Sequence record: OR896837.1
Source of the DNA: Escherichia phage vB_Eco_mar004NP2
Strand: one strand, 5' to 3'
DNA length: 64,000 bases
The notes under the pieces are model-generated. The model did no database searches. It was not told the DNA's origin and saw only the letters and a program-made list of their open reading frames with translations. Made by a program: the position numbers and the translations under genes. Positions 40,439 to 50,471 of this stretch are shown here, in pieces (positions within the stretch are counted from its first letter, which is position 1; each line of letters starts with the position of its first letter).

Positions 40439-41809
40439 TTAGCCACCAGAACCGTCTTTAGCTACAGCTTTCACAGTAACTTCTCCAGTCTTAGTAGTAT
40501 CCGCAGTTAATAGACCAGATTCTGGATCAATTGTAGCTGCATCACCGCTAGAAATAGACCAAGTTACAGCACTATTAGTAGCATCTGACGGAGTTACTTC
40601 AACAGACATCTGTAGAGTATTGCTATTCTCCACTGAAGTGACATTACCAGCTGATTTAACTGTGATTGATTCAACTAGTTTTGGTGGAGTTTTAGCGCCA
40701 TCTCCTGTAGCAATCAGATTAGCCACAGTGGTTTTAGTATACTTGTTAGAAAAACCAAGATAACCTTCATCACCAGTATCCAGATCTGTAGGGATAGCTT
40801 TAAACTCTACTGAAGTACCAAGTACATCAACAGTCTCAATATTAGGAATATTAACATGCGCCTGTTTAGCAACTAACACAGCTGCCGGACGTTCATCATC
40901 ATATTCACCACCAAGGATAAGTGCAACTTCAAACTTGTTAACTACCTTAAGAGTTTTAATTAGATCTTTATATAGCTCCATAGATCCTAGAGCTTTATCA
41001 TTAAGGTAAGCTGTCAGAGAACCAGTTAGTTCAAACGCACCAGTAAATGAACCGATCGGAATATTTACACGGGACATAATATTGGGGGTTAGGTACGTAA
41101 TATTGTTATTAATGGTGAAAGTACCTCCAGTAATAGGGATATCATATGCCTTATCAGAATCCATATCCTTAATTTTCAGGATAGTCAATTTGTTCTTGAT
41201 ATAAGAACTCTGAATAGTCATATAAGTTTCATCATCAACACCTACAGTATCAGGATCAAATGGTTGCTCATCCAAAGGAATAAGCTGGTTACCATTACCT
41301 GACCAAGTTACACGACCAATATCCTCAATATCAACGTTAACTTCTGCCTGGTTGATCTGGCAAGAGTCGATGTAACTCCATGCTTTGTCAGTCAGGATGT
41401 AGATATGCAGCATTGCCAGTTCGTGGTACGCGTTATCTTTAAAGTTAACCATAAAATTGGTTTCGTTATTATGTGCTCCTGTATCACCTTTTAGGTTAAG
41501 AGCTTTACCGCTAGAAATAGCATGCCATAACATATAGTCAGGGACAATCTGTTTGTTAGTAGTTTTATCTATATATGGCAGGATATAAGTAGAGAAACTC
41601 CACTCAGCCGCGTTTAAAGAGTCATTAAAACGTTTAGAACCACGAGTTGGACGCGGACCAGCTTCATTAACAGTAATATCTGTTAAGTTACTGTCCTGAC
41701 CCCAAGAAATATCATCCTGAACTAGAATCTCTTGCGTGTTGGTCTTATTATGACCAGTCTTAACCGTAGACACGAAGATTCGAGTATTACGTAATAGTTG
41801 TAAAGACAT
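40439..41809 (-). CDS. major tail tube protein (pb6-like) with C-terminal Ig-like domain
   Basis: 456 aa; C-terminal ITVKSAGNVTSV...VTWSISSGDAATIDPESGLLTA... resembles Big_2 Ig-like domains. Confidence 0.7.
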   Translation of the reverse strand: MSLQLLRNTRIFVSTVKTGHNKTNTQEILVQDDISWGQDSNLTDITVNEAGPRPTRGSKRFNDSLNAAEWSFSTYILPYIDKTTNKQIVPDYMLWHAISSGKALNLKGDTGAHNNETNFMVNFKDNAYHELAMLHIYILTDKAWSYIDSCQINQAEVNVDIEDIGRVTWSGNGNQLIPLDEQPFDPDTVGVDDETYMTIQSSYIKNKLTILKIKDMDSDKAYDIPITGGTFTINNNITYLTPNIMSRVNIPIGSFTGAFELTGSLTAYLNDKALGSMELYKDLIKTLKVVNKFEVALILGGEYDDERPAAVLVAKQAHVNIPNIETVDVLGTSVEFKAIPTDLDTGDEGYLGFSNKYTKTTVANLIATGDGAKTPPKLVESITVKSAGNVTSVENSNTLQMSVEVTPSDATNSAVTWSISSGDAATIDPESGLLTADTTKTGEVTVKAVAKDGSGG

Positions 41810-41835
41810 TTAATTATTTTCTCCTAATCTGTAAC

Positions 41836-42321
41836 TTATCTGCGAAGTGACCTACGTGGAGGCTGATACCTCACTGTTACATTTATTTCTGCTAAACCAT
41901 ATGGGGCCAGTAGACCCTCATCTGTACTAACTGATGTAATGATCATATCAGTTGCCTCACATGGGAAGGTCGATCCATTAGGTTTACTAACAGTATATTC
42001 TAAATTTCCACCTGTGTCAATAACGGTTTTTATATCCACTACGAGTTTTTCAAGTTGCTCTTGAATGTCTGTTTTCTCTTTATCATACACCAGGATTGGA
42101 AGTTCTAAAAACATCCACTGTTGGCCTGAAGGAAGATACTGCCCAGTTTCAGTTCCGATATGAACTGCCACATAAGGAAACTCTCGTATTTCCTCAAATT
42201 TATAAGTTTGACGAGAAACGTTTCCATATAGGTTATTAAAATATTCGTCAGGTTGAGAACCGTCCAACTGTTTAGATATACGGTCAACCAGAGCTTGTGC
42301 AATACTTGTTCTATGGTCCAT
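41836..42321 (-). CDS. tail terminator protein (p142-like)
   Basis: 161 aa, immediately upstream of the tail tube gene. Confidence 0.5.
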   Translation of the reverse strand: MDHRTSIAQALVDRISKQLDGSQPDEYFNNLYGNVSRQTYKFEEIREFPYVAVHIGTETGQYLPSGQQWMFLELPILVYDKEKTDIQEQLEKLVVDIKTVIDTGGNLEYTVSKPNGSTFPCEATDMIITSVSTDEGLLAPYGLAEINVTVRYQPPRRSLRR

Positions 42322-42324
42322 TTA

Positions 42325-43092
42325 TTAGGTTCCTTGATTAACCTTGATTTTATATCTAGAGTGAATCAGGTCTCTTGCAGCTTTTGCTATAGCCTCACCA
42401 ATAAGTTTTTGTGGATTTCTAGCGCCAGGATAAGGTCTTAGAGATAATCTTCTATACGTAGATACTGCAGGGTTGAATACAGAATATGGACGAGTCATAT
42501 AATTATATGTTACGTTCAATTCAGGAGAGCCTTTACTAGTCTCTGCATCTCTAAGTATAACATCCTTAATTTTCAGAGAATTTGCAAAGCGACCGGTTCT
42601 AAATTTTAATGGCGCTCCTGTCTTTTTCATATCCTTTATTAAGTACTCTTTAGCAACTATCTCTAATATAACCTTCATATTGCTATTTGATACAAAACGT
42701 CCGGAAGCACCTGTTATTGCACCTGAGTATCCATCCTCTACGTCTCTAGGATCCCCAAAGTTTACCTGTACTCTGCCTGTAGAACGTTTTTTACCTACAG
42801 CAGATTTTTTACCAGCGGTTGCTTGTATTAAATTCTCTAAAGCACCTAAATCTCCCGAAAGATCTAAACTAGAGGATACAGCTTTTAGTATAGAGGCTGT
42901 TCTAACATCAAGAAGATCTTGGGATACAGGCTTTGAAAACTTAAAAGATACTTGAGCAACAGTACCATCTCTGGTAGGATCTTTTAGCCCTGTTTCAACA
43001 GAGTATACAACAGTATTCTTATTATTTTCAGATCGTCCTGCAGTATCTAGCTGCTCTTTAATAATTTGTTTAGCTAGATCGGAAAGAGACAT
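42325..43092 (-). CDS. neck/tail completion protein (p143-like)
   Basis: 255 aa; position between head and tail modules. Confidence 0.4.
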   Translation of the reverse strand: MSLSDLAKQIIKEQLDTAGRSENNKNTVVYSVETGLKDPTRDGTVAQVSFKFSKPVSQDLLDVRTASILKAVSSSLDLSGDLGALENLIQATAGKKSAVGKKRSTGRVQVNFGDPRDVEDGYSGAITGASGRFVSNSNMKVILEIVAKEYLIKDMKKTGAPLKFRTGRFANSLKIKDVILRDAETSKGSPELNVTYNYMTRPYSVFNPAVSTYRRLSLRPYPGARNPQKLIGEAIAKAARDLIHSRYKIKVNQGT

Positions 43093-43604
43093 TATACTCT
43101 CCTATATACTTCAATAATAGTACGAATATGCTCTGGAATACCAGACTTAGTGCTATTGAAGGTTACTGTTTCACCACCAATTGTTTTAGCTTGGCGATAA
43201 TCTTGTTTGTGCCAATGATCTACTAACATACATGCTGCAAGTTTGAGATCTTCAGGTATTGGATTGAATCCACCTTGTGTATATGCTACATCCATATAAC
43301 CTTCTGGAGGATTAAATTTGAGAAGGATAATACCGTCAGAGTATAGCCTATACTGCTCTGGGTCAATCTCATTATCGTTAATCGTCACTTTAGTTACGGA
43401 GGTAGCAGATGGTGAGCTCAGAAAATATTTCCTACGTGTAGGTTTTGTATTGATTAACTGGTCTACCGCATCAGCGTCATCCATGCCTAGAAGGCTTGTG
43501 ATCAGCGCATTGGCAGCAGTAATCATCATTTCTACACCAGATTCTAATTCAGGTCGTTTTAAACCACCATATAATCTATAATCTTCGTCTGTGATGATTT
43601 GCAT
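43092..43604 (-). CDS. head completion/connector protein (p144-like)
   Basis: 170 aa; ATGA coupling to the downstream gene. Confidence 0.4.
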   Translation of the reverse strand: MQIITDEDYRLYGGLKRPELESGVEMMITAANALITSLLGMDDADAVDQLINTKPTRRKYFLSSPSATSVTKVTINDNEIDPEQYRLYSDGIILLKFNPPEGYMDVAYTQGGFNPIPEDLKLAACMLVDHWHKQDYRQAKTIGGETVTFNSTKSGIPEHIRTIIEVYRRV

Positions 43605-43613
43605 TTATTTTTC

Positions 43614-43642
43614 CCAATAAAAAAGGAGAGCCGAAGCTCTCC
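43614..43642 (-). terminator. rho-independent terminator after the major capsid gene
   Basis: Minus strand GGAGAGC-TTCG-GCTCTCC then TTTTTTATTGGGAAAAATAA-ATG. Confidence 0.65.
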
Positions 43643-43663
43643 TTATCGGCTGAAAAGCCTGTA

Positions 43664-45040
43664 TTAAGATGCAGCGTAAGCACCAGATACAACGCCGTTT
43701 TTGAAGTAACGTTGCAGGTTAACACGCTGAGTAACGTAGTACGCATCACGCTGTTTACCAGCTTGGCGCTCACGTTCAACAGTAACAGCACGCTGACGCG
43801 GCATTACGAAGTTATCTTTATAAACAATAACTGCGAACTCTTTACCTACTGCTTTATCTGGGAAGTATTCAGAAACTACAACCGGAAGACCATAGATACG
43901 ACCAACCTGACCTTGCAGTTTAACAGCATCGTTACCAACCTGTGCAACATCCTGCCATTCTTCGTCTTCCAGCAGATCGTAGTAAGCATCCATAGATACT
44001 ATCAGTACCAGTTTGCTCAGTTTCAGACCATGACGACCCAGTTTACGACGCAGTTTAGAGATAGTTTTAGCAGTTACCAGAACAGTACCATCAGCTTTAG
44101 CTTCAGTAGTAACTTTAGCTTTATCATCTTCAGCCAGTTTCAACAGACCTTTCGGCTTACCAGTACCATCACCAGTCATAAAAGCTTCTTCGATAGAAAC
44201 AGCATGTGCTTCAATCAGACGCTTACGCAGCAGCGGCAGCAGGGAGAAGATTGCATCTTCTTCAGTTTCATCAGTAATGAAGGACTTAGCAGCCAGTTTG
44301 TAGGTTTTAAAACTAATTTCAGTCAGAGTACCTTGAACTTCGTTACCAACAGTATCATCAGTACCGTAGGAACCAGCATCTACCCAAGTAGCTTTTCCAG
44401 CTTCAGGCTCAACCAGCATAGTAAGAATTTTGCTGGACATTGGCAGTTCATCGAACAGTGCACCAACTACTAACTCTTTCTGCAGGTCACGAAGGATACG
44501 GGTAGAGAAAATAGTTTCGTAGTTTTCACTGAAAACCTGTACAGAGGAAGAAGTATTAACAGCGTTAATGTGGGCTTTACCATGTTCAGTTTCAAATACG
44601 TCCTTCTCCATCATATAAGACAGGAGAACTAGTTTTTCAACTTCATCTTCAAAAGCTTCCTGAGTACCATACAGTGCTTTAGCTACGCTATCACCGACGA
44701 AGGAACGACCTTCACGAGCTGCTAGCAGAGATTTAATTTCATCCTGAAGACCAACAATGGTTTCCTGCTGCTTTTCTACAGTCTGTGCGAACAGTTCTGC
44801 GCTCTTCTTAGATTTTTCATCCAGAGACTTAACCAGTTCCAGAGCTTGTTCCAGTTTCTGACGATCTTCGCCAACTGCTTTAGAAACCAGGTCATTCATA
44901 CGAGCCAGTTCTTTTTCTTCCTGCTCTTTACGCATACGTTCAGCTTCCTGGGCTTTCTGAGCAGCGGTCAGACCTTCCAGAGATTTAGCCAGATCACCCA
45001 GACCAAGTTCTTCTTTCAGCTTATTAATATCAATAGTCAT
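43664..45040 (-). CDS. major capsid protein with N-terminal scaffolding-like domain (pb8-like)
   Basis: 458 aa; N-terminal coiled-coil region, HK97-fold-like C-terminus; optimal codon usage; 458 aa matches T5 pb8 as I recall it. Confidence 0.8.
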   Translation of the reverse strand: MTIDINKLKEELGLGDLAKSLEGLTAAQKAQEAERMRKEQEEKELARMNDLVSKAVGEDRQKLEQALELVKSLDEKSKKSAELFAQTVEKQQETIVGLQDEIKSLLAAREGRSFVGDSVAKALYGTQEAFEDEVEKLVLLSYMMEKDVFETEHGKAHINAVNTSSSVQVFSENYETIFSTRILRDLQKELVVGALFDELPMSSKILTMLVEPEAGKATWVDAGSYGTDDTVGNEVQGTLTEISFKTYKLAAKSFITDETEEDAIFSLLPLLRKRLIEAHAVSIEEAFMTGDGTGKPKGLLKLAEDDKAKVTTEAKADGTVLVTAKTISKLRRKLGRHGLKLSKLVLIVSMDAYYDLLEDEEWQDVAQVGNDAVKLQGQVGRIYGLPVVVSEYFPDKAVGKEFAVIVYKDNFVMPRQRAVTVERERQAGKQRDAYYVTQRVNLQRYFKNGVVSGAYAAS

Positions 45041-45057
45041 TTTTAAATAATTCTCCG

Positions 45058-45690
45058 TTATTCTTTAACGTAGCCTAAAGCTATCGCAAGTTTTTCTAGT
45101 TCAGAAAGATTACGTTCTTGAGCTGGGACAGCTTTAGAACTTATTGCAGTAAAAGATTTACGCCATTCAGTATAATCATGACCATTCATGCTCTTAGCGA
45201 GATTGAATGTTGAGTCCTGATTACAAGGTACAGAAACTACCGAAACTTCGTATAGTTCTAAATCTTTAATAATAAATATATCAGTAGCTTCATCCCACTC
45301 TGCATCTAGGCAGTGGAATCCGATACTAAAAGTTTTCAGTACACCGTTTTTAATTAGTGAAAAGATAGCCGGGTCAGAACTTTCATAGATCTCGCATTCG
45401 ATTTCGAGACCCATTTCAGTGGGGTTAAGATCAATACACTTACCGATTGGACGACGATGATCGTGTCCGAAAAGAATAATCGGGTTTTTCATGTAGTTAG
45501 TAAGTGCATTAGATGTTTTCCATGCAGAAGCAGGAATTACATCACCAGCGCGATCTTTACTAATTGTATTAGCGAATCCACGTATTTTTACAACACCCTC
45601 TTTGGATTCGCTATCAATAGATTTAATATAAGCATCTAAATGAACCGGTGCTGATTTTAACTTGTTATAGTCAATAGCAGCTTGTGTCAT
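45058..45690 (-). CDS. prohead protease (pb11-like)
   Basis: 210 aa between the capsid and decoration/portal genes; conserved His in ILFGHDHRRPIGK. Confidence 0.55.
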   Translation of the reverse strand: MTQAAIDYNKLKSAPVHLDAYIKSIDSESKEGVVKIRGFANTISKDRAGDVIPASAWKTSNALTNYMKNPIILFGHDHRRPIGKCIDLNPTEMGLEIECEIYESSDPAIFSLIKNGVLKTFSIGFHCLDAEWDEATDIFIIKDLELYEVSVVSVPCNQDSTFNLAKSMNGHDYTEWRKSFTAISSKAVPAQERNLSELEKLAIALGYVKE

Positions 45691-45693
45691 TTA

Positions 45694-46176
45694 TTAGCCT
45701 CCAGAAACAGTAGGATTAACTGTTACAGCACATGCAGTAGAATCCTTACTTACTTGCTTACTATCTGTTACAGTTACTTTATAAGAGCCGGCATCCTTAG
45801 CTGCTGTAGGCTTAGTATAGGTAGCTCCTGAAGCACCAGGAATAGGAGAACCATCTTTAGTCCATGCATAAGTATATGGACCAGTACCCCCAGTTGCAGT
45901 AACAGAAAGTGTTAATGCTGCTCCCTCTTCAACTGACATGCTCGCAATTAAATCTTTAGAAAGAGTTAATGGTGGAGCCGGAGGAATTGCTTTACCATAA
46001 GCCTCTACAAATTTCTTCCATACTTTACGATTAGTATGCGCAGATGAAAGCCCTAGTTCTCTACGCAGAAAAGCATAGCTAGGAACATATTTATGCGCAG
46101 CAACCGTAGCAAAGAAGATATGAGATTCTGGCAGTTTTTCACCAAAAATGGTCCTCAGACCACTATAATCAATCAT
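45694..46176 (-). CDS. capsid decoration protein with Ig-like domain (pb10-like)
   Basis: 160 aa; TLSVTATGGTGPYTYAWTKDGSPIPGASGATYTKP resembles an Ig-like domain. Confidence 0.5.
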   Translation of the reverse strand: MIDYSGLRTIFGEKLPESHIFFATVAAHKYVPSYAFLRRELGLSSAHTNRKVWKKFVEAYGKAIPPAPPLTLSKDLIASMSVEEGAALTLSVTATGGTGPYTYAWTKDGSPIPGASGATYTKPTAAKDAGSYKVTVTDSKQVSKDSTACAVTVNPTVSGG

Positions 46177-46178
46177 TC

Positions 46179-47390
46179 TTAATCTCCCTCGGTGGAACTC
46201 TTGGGTCTACCACCTTCTTGACCAGATACACCTGTTGCAGAACCAGCGACGTTAGCAGGAATACGGATCTTATTCATCTGCTCATCATCTAAAGGTTCAA
46301 GGTTCAGCTCTGAACGAGCTTCGTTACCGGTTATAATACCATTATTAACCAATGAGGTTAAATGTTTAGCCTCTGCTTCTTTATCTGGTGTTAATGCTGC
46401 GACTTCCTTAGTATTCGGAGTGATCTTATAACCAAAAAAGAAAGTAAGAGAACTAGTCAGTTTGCTCAGCATAGGAATGACAGTCATATAATAGAACAGT
46501 TCGATGTTTGGTCGAATGTTCGCATTATTACCCCCACCAAGCAACACTTGCGGAACACCAAAGGCTAGACAGATAGATTTATTAAATCCTTCAATGTCTT
46601 CCTTAAAGTCTAGATCTTTAAAGGAGGATATTTGGGAGTACGGTTTAGCTTTCATACCACCATCTAGAATCAGGACAGAAGACTGACCAGTACTAGGATT
46701 ATAATCGAGTTGTAATTCTTCTTGTTTACGCTCACGCAATTTCTTGTTCAGGATTTCATCCGTCTCAAGAATAAGACCAATCACGGTTCCGTTATCTAGG
46801 AATTTCTCTTTAAAGTTAAGCATCTTAGAACGCTTTTCAAGAGAATCAATAACAGTAGCAACACGAGATTGTCCAGAAATTTGAGAATTTGTGCCACACA
46901 CGTAACTGTTATCCTTTATGAAGATAATCTCATCTACGCGATAGTCTATCTGATTATTAAATGTAAATTTTTTGATAAACTTATTGGCATCTGCCTCGAC
47001 CTGCATAAGAGCAGCCGGGACATGGTAAAGCGATGTGCCATCCCAATAGATGTATGCACAACCTTCAAAAAGTAGGTCAGTGACTACAAGTCTACGGAAT
47101 GTGCTTATATCCATGAATGGATTAGGTCGTACATTTAAGAGAGTGTCTAGAGTCTTTGTTTTGACGCCATTAGCGTACGTAACAATATTATATTTATCTC
47201 CGACAGTATAAGAACACTCCGCCGCACTATCTATAACCATATTGGCAGTTCGATTGAGAATCTCAATCTTGCTATAGGCTTGTCCAGTGGTAAAAGGCTT
47301 ACGGTTAGTGCGATGACTAACTGGTTCCATGTCTCTTATAATACGTTGACCCGGATTTAGCTTTTCAGTAATCCAGCTTTTAAAACCCAT
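46179..47390 (-). CDS. portal protein (pb7-like)
   Basis: 403 aa, between terminase and protease/capsid genes. Confidence 0.7.
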   Translation of the reverse strand: MGFKSWITEKLNPGQRIIRDMEPVSHRTNRKPFTTGQAYSKIEILNRTANMVIDSAAECSYTVGDKYNIVTYANGVKTKTLDTLLNVRPNPFMDISTFRRLVVTDLLFEGCAYIYWDGTSLYHVPAALMQVEADANKFIKKFTFNNQIDYRVDEIIFIKDNSYVCGTNSQISGQSRVATVIDSLEKRSKMLNFKEKFLDNGTVIGLILETDEILNKKLRERKQEELQLDYNPSTGQSSVLILDGGMKAKPYSQISSFKDLDFKEDIEGFNKSICLAFGVPQVLLGGGNNANIRPNIELFYYMTVIPMLSKLTSSLTFFFGYKITPNTKEVAALTPDKEAEAKHLTSLVNNGIITGNEARSELNLEPLDDEQMNKIRIPANVAGSATGVSGQEGGRPKSSTEGD

Positions 47391-47842
47391 TATAAGAACC
47401 TTGCGAATCCTGATTTTGTTTCAGTCTTGACTTGTGTCTTTTCTTGAGGATTCTGTAATTTGTCTTTCTGCTTTTGAACCCACGCTTTTTGCTTATTAGC
47501 AGAAAATAAAGGAGGTTCTTTTGTGTAAACCTTATGTAATAATTGGTGATGGTGCTGGCACAATGTTACCACGTCCCTAACTAACTCATGCTCATATTTC
47601 TTGTAGAATGCTTCCCTATTTGAAAGGACGATATTCTCATCAGTGAAATCCAGCTGGAGTTCTTTAGCAAATTTTTTTATTAGCTGAGATATAGTATGAT
47701 AATGGTGAAGTTCTAGGTCTTCACTACTACCACATATAGCACAGCAACCATCCTTACTATACCTAGATTTTATACCATCCCTCATTATGGAAATGGCATC
47801 ACGTTTGTACTTAGTATTAGTGGCCATAATCCTCCAATCCAA
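47390..47842 (-). CDS. HNH endonuclease
   Basis: CAICGSSEDLELHHYH...LCQHHHQLLH is an HNH signature. Confidence 0.65.
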   Translation of the reverse strand: MDWRIMATNTKYKRDAISIMRDGIKSRYSKDGCCAICGSSEDLELHHYHTISQLIKKFAKELQLDFTDENIVLSNREAFYKKYEHELVRDVVTLCQHHHQLLHKVYTKEPPLFSANKQKAWVQKQKDKLQNPQEKTQVKTETKSGFARFL

Positions 47843-48491
47843 AGCTACTTAGAAAGATTACTATATCCTCAGGAGCAACATTAAAAAATTCCGTGCTTCC
47901 TGTAAAATTAGAAAACCCACAGTTTTTATTATAATATTCTCTGTGAACTTCCTTTTCTAAATCTAAAGCAGTCTCTCTATCTGGCAGATGATACATGGTG
48001 AACAAGTATAGGTCAGAAAATCCAGATTCTCTTTTAACTTCATTCAGCCGTTTCTCAGGGTATAAGCTTATGCCTACTTTAGTACCACTAGAGGAGGACA
48101 TGATATAGAGGAATCCGCCATTCTCCCACTTAAGAGAACAATAAGGACATCTCTTACCTTGAGTCAATCCATCTAAGGTAATTAAACAGTCATGCCCATT
48201 ATTGCAGCGTAGATGTAGTTTTGTTTTAGCATTAGTATAGCTGCTTAACAGAGTATACCCTATATTAGATATTCTGTTATTAACTTCATCTAACGATATT
48301 GTATTATTGGAGCAGTGTGGACAACCTCTCCCCATATGGAGTATAGAATGTGGTGTTGCTTCCCAAACATGTGCTCTCTGGCATTTAAATACTGTTTTTG
48401 TACGTTGGTTTACATACTCACCGACAATTTGGATTCCACGATCAGCTAATCTAATATTTATATCTTTTATTGTTAGCTTTTGTCGACCCAT
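47817..48491 (-). CDS. putative GIY-YIG-superfamily (T5orf172-like) endonuclease with two CPxC zinc ribbons
   Basis: CPHCS and CPYCS motifs; C-terminal GFLYIMSSSSGTKVGIS...R...E resembles a GIY-(x10)-YIG-like core. Confidence 0.4.
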   Translation of the reverse strand: MGRQKLTIKDINIRLADRGIQIVGEYVNQRTKTVFKCQRAHVWEATPHSILHMGRGCPHCSNNTISLDEVNNRISNIGYTLLSSYTNAKTKLHLRCNNGHDCLITLDGLTQGKRCPYCSLKWENGGFLYIMSSSSGTKVGISLYPEKRLNEVKRESGFSDLYLFTMYHLPDRETALDLEKEVHREYYNKNCGFSNFTGSTEFFNVAPEDIVIFLSSFGLEDYGH

Positions 48492-48662
48492 AGAATCTCC
48501 TACACCCCATGTAGAGCATTAATTTTTCTTGTTTACGTTCTATTATGGGAGAAGTTCTCCCGATCAATGAATATAGTATACATAATCGTATCGAATTTGT
48601 AAAGGGGATTTTAAAATGCAGGAATGGGATACCAACTGAGTAGTATCCCTTCCTATACTTAT

Positions 48663-49979
48663 TTATTTACCACGGGAAATAGAGTAAATTCCATAGCGCA
48701 GTGCATCACAAAGGTGAGAGTTAGCATCATGACGTGGTTTTTCACGTGATAATTTTTCTTCACCTTCTTGGAAATCCCATTTATAGTTCTGCAACGCATG
48801 GATTAATGAGGAACATGAAACATCTACAATAATCTTGCCTTGTTGGAATAGCGCTTGCAAGCATGCTAGGCCATCTAGGACAGATTTTTTAGCAGGGGCT
48901 GATGCAATTTCATGTTCATAAGCTAAGTCCTGGCGGAACTGAGCTGCCGCGGAGTCAACAAAAATACGATCAACTTTATAACGATCTATACAGTGCTGAA
49001 TGTAAGCAGCATGCTGAGCTGTAGTTTTCTCCGCCTGCTGATACTCTTCTAATACATAGTAAGTATCCGTATCGTAATGATACTTAATAGTAAGAACTGC
49101 TGTAGGATCACGATAACCAACGTCGATACCAAGCAACGTTTCGAATGCTTCATCATCTTTAAAGAAATGACGCATACCCTTAAGGTCTTTAACATGGTCA
49201 ATAGCATTGAAAGTATCAAAAATCTGACCTTCAAATACAGAGAAGTCAGCTTCATATTCCTGGCGGAAGTAGTTTTTACTAACCGTACGACGTGCTTCTT
49301 CTATATCATTCAGGTCAGCACGAGGGTTATCACGATATGTACCATGAATAGATACCCAGTTAGGCAACGTATCATCAAATCCGTAGGCGTAAAACTCTTT
49401 AAACCAGTTACCTCCACGAGGTGTGGAAATAAATAGAGCCTTAGAATTAGGTTTATCTAGAGTAGGACGCAGCTGAACCCTGAAGGCATCACCACCCACA
49501 TCGGAAATTGCCGCCTCGTCAAAGATGATAAAATCATATGAACGTCCAACCGCGGAGTCAGCCTGAGCAGCGGAAGCTAGTTTAAACAGAGAACCATTAG
49601 CTAACTCAATTTCCTTATCTTTAGCGTTCTCACGTTCAGTTTGTAGGCCATATTTTTTAATAAGACCACGAATCTGAGACCATCCGATGTTGGCCAGTGA
49701 ATAGTTAGGAGCAACTACTAACACCTTCACATTAGGTTCCAGCAATTTTAGGAACCCAAGAGTATATGCGATGAAGGATTTACCTACACGGCGTGATACA
49801 CACGCCGTTACAAAACGATGTCTAGGATCCTCTAGAGCATTAATAATCGCTATTTGAGGACCATTAGGTGTAATACCTTCTTGTGCTAGTATTCCCGAAA
49901 CAGGTAGACGAAAGAAACGTTTATCTATTCCGAAATCAATAACATCTACTGTATTAACGTAAGGTCTTGATACTTCCAT
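48663..49979 (-). CDS. terminase large subunit
   Basis: 438 aa; N-terminal ATPase P-loop-like VSRRVGKSF, C-terminal nuclease-like acidic residues (FVDSAAA). Confidence 0.8.
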   Translation of the reverse strand: MEVSRPYVNTVDVIDFGIDKRFFRLPVSGILAQEGITPNGPQIAIINALEDPRHRFVTACVSRRVGKSFIAYTLGFLKLLEPNVKVLVVAPNYSLANIGWSQIRGLIKKYGLQTERENAKDKEIELANGSLFKLASAAQADSAVGRSYDFIIFDEAAISDVGGDAFRVQLRPTLDKPNSKALFISTPRGGNWFKEFYAYGFDDTLPNWVSIHGTYRDNPRADLNDIEEARRTVSKNYFRQEYEADFSVFEGQIFDTFNAIDHVKDLKGMRHFFKDDEAFETLLGIDVGYRDPTAVLTIKYHYDTDTYYVLEEYQQAEKTTAQHAAYIQHCIDRYKVDRIFVDSAAAQFRQDLAYEHEIASAPAKKSVLDGLACLQALFQQGKIIVDVSCSSLIHALQNYKWDFQEGEEKLSREKPRHDANSHLCDALRYGIYSISRGK

Positions 49980-50461
49980 TACTTCTTACCTCCAGTAGCT
50001 AGGGAAGTAATTAAGTCCATGTAGTTTTGATCCCCAGCTCCAGCAATAATATTATTCTGGATGTTGGTCTGGTTAGCTGGAGTACGGGCTGCTGCCTTCA
50101 CTTTCTCCAGTTCTACCATCATTTTCATTTCTTCCATTTTCATTTTATGTGCTTTCCAGAGAATATCCATAATATCTTGGTCAGAACCCATGCCAGTTTC
50201 TTCTAGTTCCTCTAGTTTACGCTTGATAACTTCATCCAGAACACCAAATAAACGATCTCTGTTACGGAAACCACTCTCCATAAAAATATCATTTAAGTAG
50301 TTCTTAACTTCACTACGATTCATAATATCTCGAAAAGCAATTTCGGACATCCCAAGACTACGTGCGGCAGAAGGCACATCGCTGCCACACTGTAAATATG
50401 CTTCAATTACATCCATCCCTTCAGGGGACATAAGATCTGGTACTAATACATCATTTGCCAT
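49979..50461 (-). CDS. putative terminase small subunit / DNA-binding protein
   Basis: 160 aa, HTH-like N-terminus, directly upstream of and coupled to the large terminase gene. Confidence 0.4.
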
Positions 50462-50471
50462 ATTTCCTCCT

